A stretch of 64,000 nucleotides of DNA, taken from Paramoeba atlantica. Its lineage: Eukaryota; Protista; Discosea. The stretch is taken from NCBI GenBank assembly GCA_977017575.1, contig CDRNVI010000203.1, positions 1 through 64,000 of the forward strand. The letters are read 5' to 3'. Of the stretch, positions 23,021 to 36,635 are shown piece by piece (the stretch's first letter is position 1; each line of letters starts with the position of its first letter). The position numbers and the translations under genes are program-made. Below the pieces are notes generated by a model, which saw nothing but the letters and a program-made list of their open reading frames with translations, made no database searches and had not been told where the DNA came from.

Positions 23021-26000
23021 TAATCACTACCCCTCACCAAAAGGTCGCAATAATATATGTTTTTAGCGTTTAAGATCTGGAGACCATTTTCAAAATAGAA
23101 AATGTCAATCGCTTTTTTCTTACGCAAGTACGTCAAAAAAATCGTTTTTCTCCATGAGCTAAAACGAGTTAGTTCGATCGGGCTTTTTTTGATGCTTTTT
23201 TTGGATCGCAGCTTCAACAAAAAAAAATTTCTGCTGCTGTTTTCCAACAAAGAAAATTATAAAAAAATAATTTTGTTGTTGTCAAATACGATCTTTTAAA
23301 ATATAAAATTTTTTTTATCGTTATAAATTTTATTCCAACATAAATTTGTTGGAAAAGTAACAGTAAAAAGTTGTTAATGAAAAAAAATAAATTCATTAAC
23401 AACAACGTTGATGAAAAATATCAATCAACGCTGTTAAATTTCCAACAAAATAATGTCAGAAAAAAATTTCTGCCGAAATAATTTAGCTGATTAAATTTTT
23501 ATCACGACAAAAATATTTTTTTGTGGATCAATTAAATCGTTATTAACAAAAAAGTTATAACGCTGTTAATTTTCCAACCTAAAAATTTTTTATCTCTCAA
23601 AAAATATTTTTTGATGTTCAAAGTTATCGTTTGATAACAAAAAAGTTATAACGCTGTAACTTTTCCAACAAAAAAAATTTTTTTTCGTGTTAAAAATTAT
23701 TTTTGATCAATAAAAATTATTTTCGATGTTCAAATTCATCGTTTGATAACAAAAAAGTTATAACGCTGTTAATTTTCCATCAAAAATTATTTTTTTTTGC
23801 TTCAAAAATTTTTTTTAACATAAAAATTTATAATGATGATTACAAAATAAGTGTTGCAACTCAAAAAAGTTGTTTAACACTGTTAATTTTCCATCAACAT
23901 CATAATTTTTATTTAAAAATTTTAATCAAGATCAATTTTATAAACATTTTTTGTAAAAAAATTAAAATTTTTACTGGAAAATTACGGTGAGATGCATAAA
24001 AATTAGATTTAAACATAAATTTATGCAAACTACCGTTTAATTTCCAACAAAATTTAAATTTTTTTCATTCAAAAATAGATTTTTTTAATTTTTCGCCGAC
24101 AAAATTGAAAAAAAATTGAATTTTCATTCAAAAAGTTGTAAAATTGAGTCTCAGGATGAAAAAGTGGAAAAAGACCACATTTTATCAATTCGACGCTAAA
24201 TTAGCAAAAAATTTCAATTTCTACACCTAAATGACTGTAGAAATTGGTGTTTTCCTACAATTTTGTGGAAATCCCTGACAAACACTGCTAAATTTCCAAC
24301 AAAAAGTCAATTTGCAGGTGCTGCCCGTGGATTTTCCAACAAAATACTAGCAAAACTACTCAAAATGCTATTTTTCCGGCAGAAAACCGTCAAAATCTGC
24401 TTTTTCTGGGCAGGAATGACAAAAACGGCCCAAAAAAGGCCCTGTCATTTTGCCCAAAAACGCAGTATTTTTTCCTGTTCTGGCCTGCAAATTAGCGGAT
24501 GTCCAAAGCCCCCAAAAAAAGTGACTTGGACTCCGAGCCGACTCGAAAAGTCGTATTTTCCGGCAGAAACGAAAAAATATGCCACATTTTGTCCGACGAT
24601 TATTTACAACTTTTTCTCGCATCCCATCATGGCGATTTTGCGGATCTGCAGGTTGGGAGGGAGCCAACTGCATTTTTTGGCCGTTTTGAACCCGTTTTGT
24701 AAAAAATCGCATATATAAACTCCATAATTTCCCCTCAGAAATCTGCCACTTTTGGAGGCCAAAAAGTGTTTTGCAGAATCTCGAGGGCAAAATAGGAGTT
24801 TTTTGACCCGATTTTGTGAACAAAACTGGCATCAAAAACTATTCCAAATGCTCCAATCCGAATTTCAGCTATTGAACACTAAAAATGCTGAAAATCGCTA
24901 TTTCGCACTGGAATTCCGCCAAAACTCCTTTTCAATGCGTATTTTGGGCGAGAAAACCGTCGATTTTATAATTTTTAAACTTTTTTTTGTATAATTTATC
25001 ATTTTTAGCGCGGATTTCTATAATTTCTCGCATAATTTATTAGTTTTATAGCGTTGTAGTTAAAATTTTCATAATTTTATCATCAAAGTCATCATTTTTC
25101 TATAATTTCAAACAAAATTATTAAAAAAAATGTTGTCTCAGACGAAAAAATTGCATGAAAGTTGTTAAACAACACTAAAACTAAAAAAATATCCCGCAGA
25201 AATTAAAAAACCGTGATAAAAATTTATAAATTCAAAAGAAAAATTTAAAGATCTTAAAAATTTATGATGAAATCATCTTCTTTGTACCAAAATCAGATGT
25301 AAACATCAAAAAATTTTTTTAAAATCACTAGCTGAAACCATCGTCTATGGTTTCTTTTGTTAATGATCAATGTTTTCATTTCATTCATAACATTTTCACG
25401 TTAACTTCGTTCAACTAACTTGAATTTTATTAAAATTATGATTCATAAAATAATTTTTTCATTGCTAAAAATAGAATCGCAATGGAAATTATTATGAAAC
25501 AAGTTTTAATAATTCAAACTTAAGTTTGAACTCGAGTTATAAAATTTTAATAACATTAATATATACTTTTAAATAACTTCTATAATTAATTCAAAAGAGA
25601 ATTTATAATTATGAACTTATAAAACTATATTTAATGATTTAAAAATTTAATAACTTGTTCTAATGTTTTCAATGTAATACGATATTTACGATATATGATC
25701 TTCTTTGTTCCAAAATCAGATGTTGATTATCGTACATTCTTATTACATGAAAACAAAGAACAGCTACGGATAAGAACTGAAATGCCTTCCATATACCGAG
25801 ATACTTTAAATTGATTATAGATAAATTTTCTAAAATATTTAATTACAAAAATAATTTAAAATATTATTTACAAAACTTATAAATATAATCAATAAAAGTA
25901 TACGTTATAAAGGAGCGCATAGTTCCTATCACTTTTAAATACGCTATTTTCCTTGATAAAAAAAATCACTGGAAAATTAGCAGTCTTTAAAGAACTTCGA

Positions 26001-27558
26001 TACAAAAAAGTATCTTGACAATCTCTGTTGTTTTTGTTACAAAAAAATAGTAAATAACTTCAAACATATATACAAAATTAAACGTGTATAAAAAAAGAAA
26101 AACATACACTTTGATACATTCAATCAAAAAAGATCTCAATCATGTATCATTAACTTTAGCATATATGTAAGAAGTTCCTTGGTGATTAATTCTTTTACGG
26201 TTTTCATGTAATAAACATGTACGATAATCAACATCTGATTTTAACTCAAAGCAGAGTAATCATCGTTAAATATCGTACAAAAGTTATTACAAAGAAAACT
26301 GCTAAGAATTATCATCAGGAAATTGCACTAAGATTTCCTTCAGAAATTCAAGTACAAATATCCGCTTAACTTATAAAAAGATATAAGTAGCTTCTATATA
26401 TATTTTTTTATCGAAAAAACGATAAATAAATAAAGATCATGATAAGATTTCTACGAAATTCAATCATGAAGCATACACTATAGTGTATGCAAATTATTAC
26501 AAAAATAATAATTTTAAAATTTTTTTCTTCGTAATTCAAAGAAGAATTTACTTGAAAAAAAATATAAATTTTAATGTTTTCGTGTTTAACTACAACTTAA
26601 ATTTATATATATTTCGTTAAATTAAGAGAATAATTAAACGAAACTGTTACTCGGCAAAAATAAGGGAATTTTTGAGTAACAGACCGTTCAAATTGAAAAC
26701 AAAAAAACAATTTGCACGGCAATTCTTGGGGTTTTTACGCCTCACGGCTTCGTGATCGGACTAAAGAGCAGTAGCGAGAGCAAGAAAGTTTGCAGGGGTA
26801 GTTGAGTTAGCTATTCCCGGTGGTAGCTAACCTCGATTCCTTAGTCTTTAGTTGTGGTAATTTGGGATAGCGAAGTAAAATTTTTAAAGTTCGCTATCGA
26901 CAATTACTATTCTCTTTCATCTTTTGGCGTGCATTGCTAATTGATCCCAATAGACAATCACATTCAGAAACGATCGTAGCTTTACCTATATGTATGTAAA
27001 ATATCATACATAAGAATCAATAAGATCTGTTTCGTCTCCTCTTTTTTCTTTTAAAATAGCAGGACTAATCTATATTATATAATTATTATTCAACTTTTTT
27101 AATTATATTTTATCTGCTTGAACACCATAGTTCGATAAAAAATAAATAAAAAGATGAATAAATAACTAAAAAATAAAGATAGACAAGAACAAGAATAGTT
27201 TAGTTTAATTCCGTGTTAAATCCTCAATCCTTAAGTCGGATTTGTCACTCCATATACGATCAAACTTTATTTACTTAAATTTTTACAAAGATAGTAAAAT
27301 TAAAAGTATAAAGATGATCTAGCTCACCAGTTTTATTTAAATTAAAATCTTACACAATGATTTTATATTTATAAACTACTCGCTTCCATCGACCCTCGAC
27401 TTTGTTGAAGTTTAAGTTTTTGAGTTTACGATATTAAAGAGAAAAAAAATATTATTGCGCTCTATTGGTGGGGCTTTCGTTAGATTATTAAAAGCTCAAC
27501 GTCATTGTTCGCGTTTTACGTTACACTCCACAAGCTAAACAAGTGCGTTCTGCCTTAA
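23021..27558. repeat. Unit 6, type C
   Basis: C cassette zone; extra SNP G25250 shared only with unit 7. Confidence 0.95.
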
Positions 27559-30500
27559 TAATCACTACCCCTCACCAAAAGGTCGCAATAATATATGTTT
27601 TTAGCGTTTAAGATCTGGAGACCATTTTCAAAATAGAAAATGTCAATCGCTTTTTTCTTACGCAAGTACGTCAAAAAAATCGTTTTTCTCCATGAGCTAA
27701 AACGAGTTAGTTCGATCGGGCTTTTTTTGATGCTTTTTTTGGATCGCAGCTTCAACAAAAAAAAATTTCTGCTGCTGTTTTCCAACAAAGAAAATTATAA
27801 AAAAATAATTTTGTTGTTGTCAAATACGATCTTTTAAAATATAAAATTTTTTTTATCGTTATAAATTTTATTCCAACATAAATTTGTTGGAAAAGTAACA
27901 GTAAAAAGTTGTTAATGAAAAAAAATAAATTCATTAACAACAACGTTGATGAAAAATATCAATCAACGCTGTTAAATTTCCAACAAAATAATGTCAGAAA
28001 AAAATTTCTGCCGAAATAATTTAGCTGATTAAATTTTTATCACGACAAAAATATTTTTTTGTGGATCAATTAAATCGTTATTAACAAAAAAGTTATAACG
28101 CTGTTAATTTTCCAACCTAAAAATTTTTTATCTCTCAAAAAATATTTTTTGATGTTCAAAGTTATCGTTTGATAACAAAAAAGTTATAACGCTGTAACTT
28201 TTCCAACAAAAAAAATTTTTTTTCGTGTTAAAAATTATTTTTGATCAATAAAAATTATTTTCGATGTTCAAATTCATCGTTTGATAACAAAAAAGTTATA
28301 ACGCTGTTAATTTTCCATCAAAAATTATTTTTTTTTGCTTCAAAAATTTTTTTTAACATAAAAATTTATAATGATGATTACAAAATAAGTGTTGCAACTC
28401 AAAAAAGTTGTTTAACACTGTTAATTTTCCATCAACATCATAATTTTTATTTAAAAATTTTAATCAAGATCAATTTTATAAACATTTTTTGTAAAAAAAT
28501 TAAAATTTTTACTGGAAAATTACGGTGAGATGCATAAAAATTAGATTTAAACATAAATTTATGCAAACTACCGTTTAATTTCCAACAAAATTTAAATTTT
28601 TTTCATTCAAAAATAGATTTTTTTAATTTTTCGCCGACAAAATTGAAAAAAAATTGAATTTTCATTCAAAAAGTTGTAAAATTGAGTCTCAGGATGAAAA
28701 AGTGGAAAAAGACCACATTTTATCAATTCGACGCTAAATTAGCAAAAAATTTCAATTTCTACACCTAAATGACTGTAGAAATTGGTGTTTTCCTACAATT
28801 TTGTGGAAATCCCTGACAAACACTGCTAAATTTCCAACAAAAAGTCAATTTGCAGGTGCTGCCCGTGGATTTTCCAACAAAATACTAGCAAAACTACTCA
28901 AAATGCTATTTTTCCGGCAGAAAACCGTCAAAATCTGCTTTTTCTGGGCAGGAATGACAAAAACGGCCCAAAAAAGGCCCTGTCATTTTGCCCAAAAACG
29001 CAGTATTTTTTCCTGTTCTGGCCTGCAAATTAGCGGATGTCCAAAGCCCCCAAAAAAAGTGACTTGGACTCCGAGCCGACTCGAAAAGTCGTATTTTCCG
29101 GCAGAAACGAAAAAATATGCCACATTTTGTCCGACGATTATTTACAACTTTTTCTCGCATCCCATCATGGCGATTTTGCGGATCTGCAGGTTGGGAGGGA
29201 GCCAACTGCATTTTTTGGCCGTTTTGAACCCGTTTTGTAAAAAATCGCATATATAAACTCCATAATTTCCCCTCAGAAATCTGCCACTTTTGGAGGCCAA
29301 AAAGTGTTTTGCAGAATCTCGAGGGCAAAATAGGAGTTTTTTGACCCGATTTTGTGAACAAAACTGGCATCAAAAACTATTCCAAATGCTCCAATCCGAA
29401 TTTCAGCTATTGAACACTAAAAATGCTGAAAATCGCTATTTCGCACTGGAATTCCGCCAAAACTCCTTTTCAATGCGTATTTTGGGCGAGAAAACCGTCG
29501 ATTTTATAATTTTTAAACTTTTTTTTGTATAATTTATCATTTTTAGCGCGGATTTCTATAATTTCTCGCATAATTTATTAGTTTTATAGCGTTGTAGTTA
29601 AAATTTTCATAATTTTATCATCAAAGTCATCATTTTTCTATAATTTCAAACAAAATTATTAAAAAAAATGTTGTCTCAGACGAAAAAATTGCATGAAAGT
29701 TGTTAAACAACACTAAAACTAAAAAAATATCCCGCAGAAATTAAAAAACCGTGATAAAAATTTATAAATTCAAAAGAAAAATTTAAAGATCTTAAAAATT
29801 TATGATGAAATCATCTTCTTTGTACCAAAATCAGATGTAAACATCAAAAAATTTTTTTAAAATCACTAGCTGAAACCATCGTCTATGGTTTCTTTTGTTA
29901 ATGATCAATGTTTTCATTTCATTCATAACATTTTCACGTTAACTTCGTTCAACTAACTTGAATTTTATTAAAATTATGATTCATAAAATAATTTTTTCAT
30001 TGCTAAAAATAGAATCGCAATGGAAATTATTATGAAACAAGTTTTAATAATTCAAACTTAAGTTTGAACTCGAGTTATAAAATTTTAATAACATTAATAT
30101 ATACTTTTAAATAACTTCTATAATTAATTCAAAAGAGAATTTATAATTATGAACTTATAAAACTATATTTAATGATTTAAAAATTTAATAACTTGTTCTA
30201 ATGTTTTCAATGTAATACGATATTTACGATATATGATCTTCTTTGTTCCAAAATCAGATGTTGATTATCGTACATTCTTATTACATGAAAACAAAGAACA
30301 GCTACGGATAAGAACTGAAATGCCTTCCATATACCGAGATACTTTAAATTGATTATAGATAAATTTTCTAAAATATTTAATTACAAAAATAATTTAAAAT
30401 ATTATTTACAAAACTTATAAATATAATCAATAAAAGTATACGTTATAAAGGAGCGCATAGTTCCTATCACTTTTAAATACGCTATTTTCCTTGATAAAAA

Positions 30501-32096
30501 AAATCACTGGAAAATTAGCAGTCTTTAAAGAACTTCGATACAAAAAAGTATCTTGACAATCTCTGTTGTTTTTGTTACAAAAAAATAGTAAATAACTTCA
30601 AACATATATACAAAATTAAACGTGTATAAAAAAAGAAAAACATACACTTTGATACATTCAATCAAAAAAGATCTCAATCATGTATCATTAACTTTAGCAT
30701 ATATGTAAGAAGTTCCTTGGTGATTAATTCTTTTACGGTTTTCATGTAATAAACATGTACGATAATCAACATCTGATTTTAACTCAAAGCAGAGTAATCA
30801 TCGTTAAATATCGTACAAAAGTTATTACAAAGAAAACTGCTAAGAATTATCATCAGGAAATTGCACTAAGATTTCCTTCAGAAATTCAAGTACAAATATC
30901 CGCTTAACTTATAAAAAGATATAAGTAGCTTCTATATATATTTTTTTATCGAAAAAACGATAAATAAATAAAGATCATGATAAGATTTCTACGAAATTCA
31001 ATCATGAAGCATACACTATAGTGTATGCAAATTATTACAAAAATAATAATTTTAAAATTTTTTTCTTCGTAATTCAAAGAAGAATTTACTTGAAAAAAAA
31101 TATAAATTTTAATGTTTTCGTGTTTAACTACAACTTAAATTTATATATATTTCGTTAAATTAAGAGAATAATTAAACGAAACTGTTACTCGGCAAAAATA
31201 AGGGAATTTTTGAGTAACAGACCGTTCAAATTGAAAACAAAAAAACAATTTGCACGGCAATTCTTGGGGTTTTTACGCCTCACGGCTTCGTGATCGGACT
31301 AAAGAGCAGTAGCGAGAGCAAGAAAGTTTGCAGGGGTAGTTGAGTTAGCTATTCCCGGTGGTAGCTAACCTCGATTCCTTAGTCTTTAGTTGTGGTAATT
31401 TGGGATAGCGAAGTAAAATTTTTAAAGTTCGCTATCGACAATTACTATTCTCTTTCATCTTTTGGCGTGCATTGCTAATTGATCCCAATAGACAATCACA
31501 TTCAGAAACGATCGTAGCTTTACCTATATGTATGTAAAATATCATACATAAGAATCAATAAGATCTGTTTCGTCTCCTCTTTTTTCTTTTAAAATAGCAG
31601 GACTAATCTATATTATATAATTATTATTCAACTTTTTTAATTATATTTTATCTGCTTGAACACCATAGTTCGATAAAAAATAAATAAAAAGATGAATAAA
31701 TAACTAAAAAATAAAGATAGACAAGAACAAGAATAGTTTAGTTTAATTCCGTGTTAAATCCTCAATCCTTAAGTCGGATTTGTCACTCCATATACGATCA
31801 AACTTTATTTACTTAAATTTTTACAAAGATAGTAAAATTAAAAGTATAAAGATGATCTAGCTCACCAGTTTTATTTAAATTAAAATCTTACACAATGATT
31901 TTATATTTATAAACTACTCGCTTCCATCGACCCTCGACTTTGTTGAAGTTTAAGTTTTTGAGTTTACGATATTAAAGAGAAAAAAAATATTATTGCGCTC
32001 TATTGGTGGGGCTTTCGTTAGATTATTAAAAGCTCAACGTCATTGTTCGCGTTTTACGTTACACTCCACAAGCTAAACAAGTGCGTTCTGCCTTAA
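27559..32096. repeat. Unit 7, type C
   Basis: C cassette zone; SNP G29788 equivalent to G25250. Confidence 0.95.
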
Positions 32097-35000
32097 TAAT
32101 CACTACCCCTCACCAAAAGGTCGCAATAATATATGTTTTTAGCGTTTAAGATCTGGAGACCATTTTCAAAATAGAAAATGTCAATCGCTTTTTTCTTACG
32201 CAAGTACGTCAAAAAAATCGTTTTTCTCCATGAGCTAAAACGAGTTAGTTCGATCGGGCTTTTTTTGATGCTTTTTTTGGATCGCAGCTTCAACAAAAAA
32301 AAATTTCTGCTGCTGTTTTCCAACAAAGAAAATTATAAAAAAATAATTTTGTTGTTGTCAAATACGATCTTTTAAAATATAAAATTTTTTTTATCGTTAT
32401 AAATTTTATTCCAACATAAATTTGTTGGAAAAGTAACAGTAAAAAGTTGTTAATGAAAAAAAATAAATTCATTAACAACAACGTTGATGAAAAATATCAA
32501 TCAACGCTGTTAAATTTCCAACAAAATAATGTCAGAAAAAAATTTCTGCCGAAATAATTTAGCTGATTAAATTTTTATCACGACAAAAATATTTTTTTGT
32601 GGATCAATTAAATCGTTATTAACAAAAAAGTTATAACGCTGTTAATTTTCCAACCTAAAAATTTTTTATCTCTCAAAAAATATTTTTTGATGTTCAAAGT
32701 TATCGTTTGATAACAAAAAAGTTATAACGCTGTAACTTTTCCAACAAAAAAAATTTTTTTTCGTGTTAAAAATTATTTTTGATCAATAAAAATTATTTTC
32801 GATGTTCAAATTCATCGTTTGATAACAAAAAAGTTATAACGCTGTTAATTTTCCATCAAAAATTATTTTTTTTTGCTTCAAAAATTTTTTTTAACATAAA
32901 AATTTATAATGATGATTACAAAATAAGTGTTGCAACTCAAAAAAGTTGTTTAACACTGTTAATTTTCCATCAACATCATAATTTTTATTTAAAAATTTTA
33001 ATCAAGATCAATTTTATAAACATTTTTTGTAAAAAAATTAAAATTTTTACTGGAAAATTACGGTGAGATGCATAAAAATTAGATTTAAACATAAATTTAT
33101 GCAAACTACCGTTTAATTTCCAACAAAATTTAAATTTTTTTCATTCAAAAATAGATTTTTTTAATTTTTCGCCGACAAAATTGAAAAAAAATTGAATTTT
33201 CATTCAAAAAGTTGTAAAATTGAGTCTCAGGATGAAAAAGTGGAAAAAGACCACATTTTATCAATTCGACGCTAAATTAGCAAAAAATTTCAATTTCTAC
33301 ACCTAAATGACTGTAGAAATTGGTGTTTTCCTACAATTTTGTGGAAATCCCTGACAAACACTGCTAAATTTCCAACAAAAAGTCAATTTGCAGGTGCTGC
33401 CCGTGGATTTTCCAACAAAATACTAGCAAAACTACTCAAAATGCTATTTTTCCGGCAGAAAACCGTCAAAATCTGCTTTTTCTGGGCAGGAATGACAAAA
33501 ACGGCCCAAAAAAGGCCCTGTCATTTTGCCCAAAAACGCAGTATTTTTTCCTGTTCTGGCCTGCAAATTAGCGGATGTCCAAAGCCCCCAAAAAAAGTGA
33601 CTTGGACTCCGAGCCGACTCGAAAAGTCGTATTTTCCGGCAGAAACGAAAAAATATGCCACATTTTGTCCGACGATTATTTACAACTTTTTCTCGCATCC
33701 CATCATGGCGATTTTGCGGATCTGCAGGTTGGGAGGGAGCCAACTGCATTTTTTGGCCGTTTTGAACCCGTTTTGTAAAAAATCGCATATATAAACTCCA
33801 TAATTTCCCCTCAGAAATCTGCCACTTTTGGAGGCCAAAAAGTGTTTTGCAGAATCTCGAGGGCAAAATAGGAGTTTTTTGACCCGATTTTGTGAACAAA
33901 ACTGGCATCAAAAACTATTCCAAATGCTCCAATCCGAATTTCAGCTATTGAACACTAAAAATGCTGAAAATCGCTATTTCGCACTGGAATTCCGCCAAAA
34001 CTCCTTTTCAATGCGTATTTTGGGCGAGAAAACCGTCGATTTTATAATTTTTAAACTTTTTTTTGTATAATTTATCATTTTTAGCGCGGATTTCTATAAT
34101 TTCTCGCATAATTTATTAGTTTTATAGCGTTGTAGTTAAAATTTTCATAATTTTATCATCAAAGTCATCATTTTTCTATAATTTCAAACAAAATTATTAA
34201 AAAAAATGTTGTCTCAGACGAAAAAATTGCATGAAAGTTGTTAAACAACACTAAAACTAAAAAAATATCCCGCAGAAATTAAAAAACCGTGATAAAAATT
34301 TATAAATTCAAAAGAAAAATTTAAAAATCTTAAAAATTTATGATGAAATCATCTTCTTTGTACCAAAATCAGATGTAAACATCAAAAAATTTTTTTAAAA
34401 TCACTAGCTGAAACCATCGTCTATGGTTTCTTTTGTTAATGATCAATGTTTTCATTTCATTCATAACATTTTCACGTTAACTTCGTTCAACTAACTTGAA
34501 TTTTATTAAAATTATGATTCATAAAATAATTTTTTCATTGCTAAAAATAGAATCGCAATGGAAATTATTATGAAACAAGTTTTAATAATTCAAACTTAAG
34601 TTTGAACTCGAGTTATAAAATTTTAATAACATTAATATATACTTTTAAATAACTTCTATAATTAATTCAAAAGAGAATTTATAATTATGAACTTATAAAA
34701 CTATATTTAATGATTTAAAAATTTAATAACTTGTTCTAATGTTTTCAATGTAATACGATATTTACGATATATGATCTTCTTTGTTCCAAAATCAGATGTT
34801 GATTATCGTACATTCTTATTACATGAAAACAAAGAACAGCTACGGATAAGAACTGAAATGCCTTCCATATACCGAGATACTTTAAATTGATTATAGATAA
34901 ATTTTCTAAAATATTTAATTACAAAAATAATTTAAAATATTATTTACAAAACTTATAAATATAATCAATAAAAGTATACGTTATAAAGGAGCGCATAGTT

Positions 35001-36635
35001 CCTATCACTTTTAAATACGCTATTTTCCTTGATAAAAAAAATCACTGGAAAATTAGCAGTCTTTAAAGAACTTCGATACAAAAAAGTATCTTGACAATCT
35101 CTGTTGTTTTTGTTACAAAAAAATAGTAAATAACTTCAAACATATATACAAAATTAAACGTGTATAAAAAAAGAAAAACATACACTTTGATACATTCAAT
35201 CAAAAAAGATCTCAATCATGTATCATTAACTTTAGCATATATGTAAGAAGTTCCTTGGTGATTAATTCTTTTACGGTTTTCATGTAATAAACATGTACGA
35301 TAATCAACATCTGATTTTAACTCAAAGCAGAGTAATCATCGTTAAATATCGTACAAAAGTTATTACAAAGAAAACTGCTAAGAATTATCATCAGGAAATT
35401 GCACTAAGATTTCCTTCAGAAATTCAAGTACAAATATCCGCTTAACTTATAAAAAGATATAAGTAGCTTCTATATATATTTTTTTATCGAAAAAACGATA
35501 AATAAATAAAGATCATGATAAGATTTCTACGAAATTCAATCATGAAGCATACACTATAGTGTATGCAAATTATTACAAAAATAATAATTTTAAAATTTTT
35601 TTCTTCGTAATTCAAAGAAGAATTTACTTGAAAAAAAATATAAATTTTAATGTTTTCGTGTTTAACTACAACTTAAATTTATATATATTTCGTTAAATTA
35701 AGAGAATAATTAAACGAAACTGTTACTCGGCAAAAATAAGGGAATTTTTGAGTAACAGACCGTTCAAATTGAAAACAAAAAAACAATTTGCACGGCAATT
35801 CTTGGGGTTTTTACGCCTCACGGCTTCGTGATCGGACTAAAGAGCAGTAGCGAGAGCAAGAAAGTTTGCAGGGGTAGTTGAGTTAGCTATTCCCGGTGGA
35901 AGCTAACCTCGATTCTTTAGTCTTTAGTTGTGGTAATTTGGGATAGTGAAGTAAAATTTTTAAAGTTCACTATCGACAATTACTATTCTCTTTCATCTTT
36001 TGGCGTGCATTGCTAATTGATCCCAATAGACAATCACATTCAGAAATGATCGTTGCTATCCCTATATGTATGTAAAATATCATACATAAGAATCAATAAG
36101 ATCTATTTCGTCTCCTCTTTCATCCTTTTAACATAGCAAGACTAATCTATATTATATAATTATTATTCAACTTTTTTAATTATATTTTATCTGCTTGAAC
36201 ACCATAGTTCGATAAAAAATAAATAAAAAGATGAATAAATAACTAAAAAATAAAGATAGACAAGAACAAGAATAGTTTAGTTTAATTCCGTGTTAAATCC
36301 TCAATCCTTAAGTCGGATTTGTCACTCCATATACGATCAAACTTTATTTACTTAAATTTTTACAAAGATAGTAAAATTAAAAGTATAAAGATGATCTAGC
36401 TCACCAGTTTTATTTAAATTAAAATCTTACACAATGATTTTATATTTATAAACTACTCGCTTCCATCGACCCTCGACTTTGTTGAAGTTTAAGTTTTTGA
36501 GTTTACGATATTAAAGAGAAAAAAAATATTATTGCGCTCTATTGGTGGGGCTTTCGTTAAATTATTAAAAGCTCAACGTCATTGTTCGCGTTTTACGTTA
36601 CACTCCACAAGCTAAACAAGTGCGTTCTGCCTTAA
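32097..36635. repeat. Unit 8, type C switching to A alleles near 35849-35899
   Basis: C allele GCAGTAGC at 35848, then A alleles GGTGGAAGC (35900), GATAGTGAAG and TTTCATCC; this explains the 4539 period. Confidence 0.9.
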
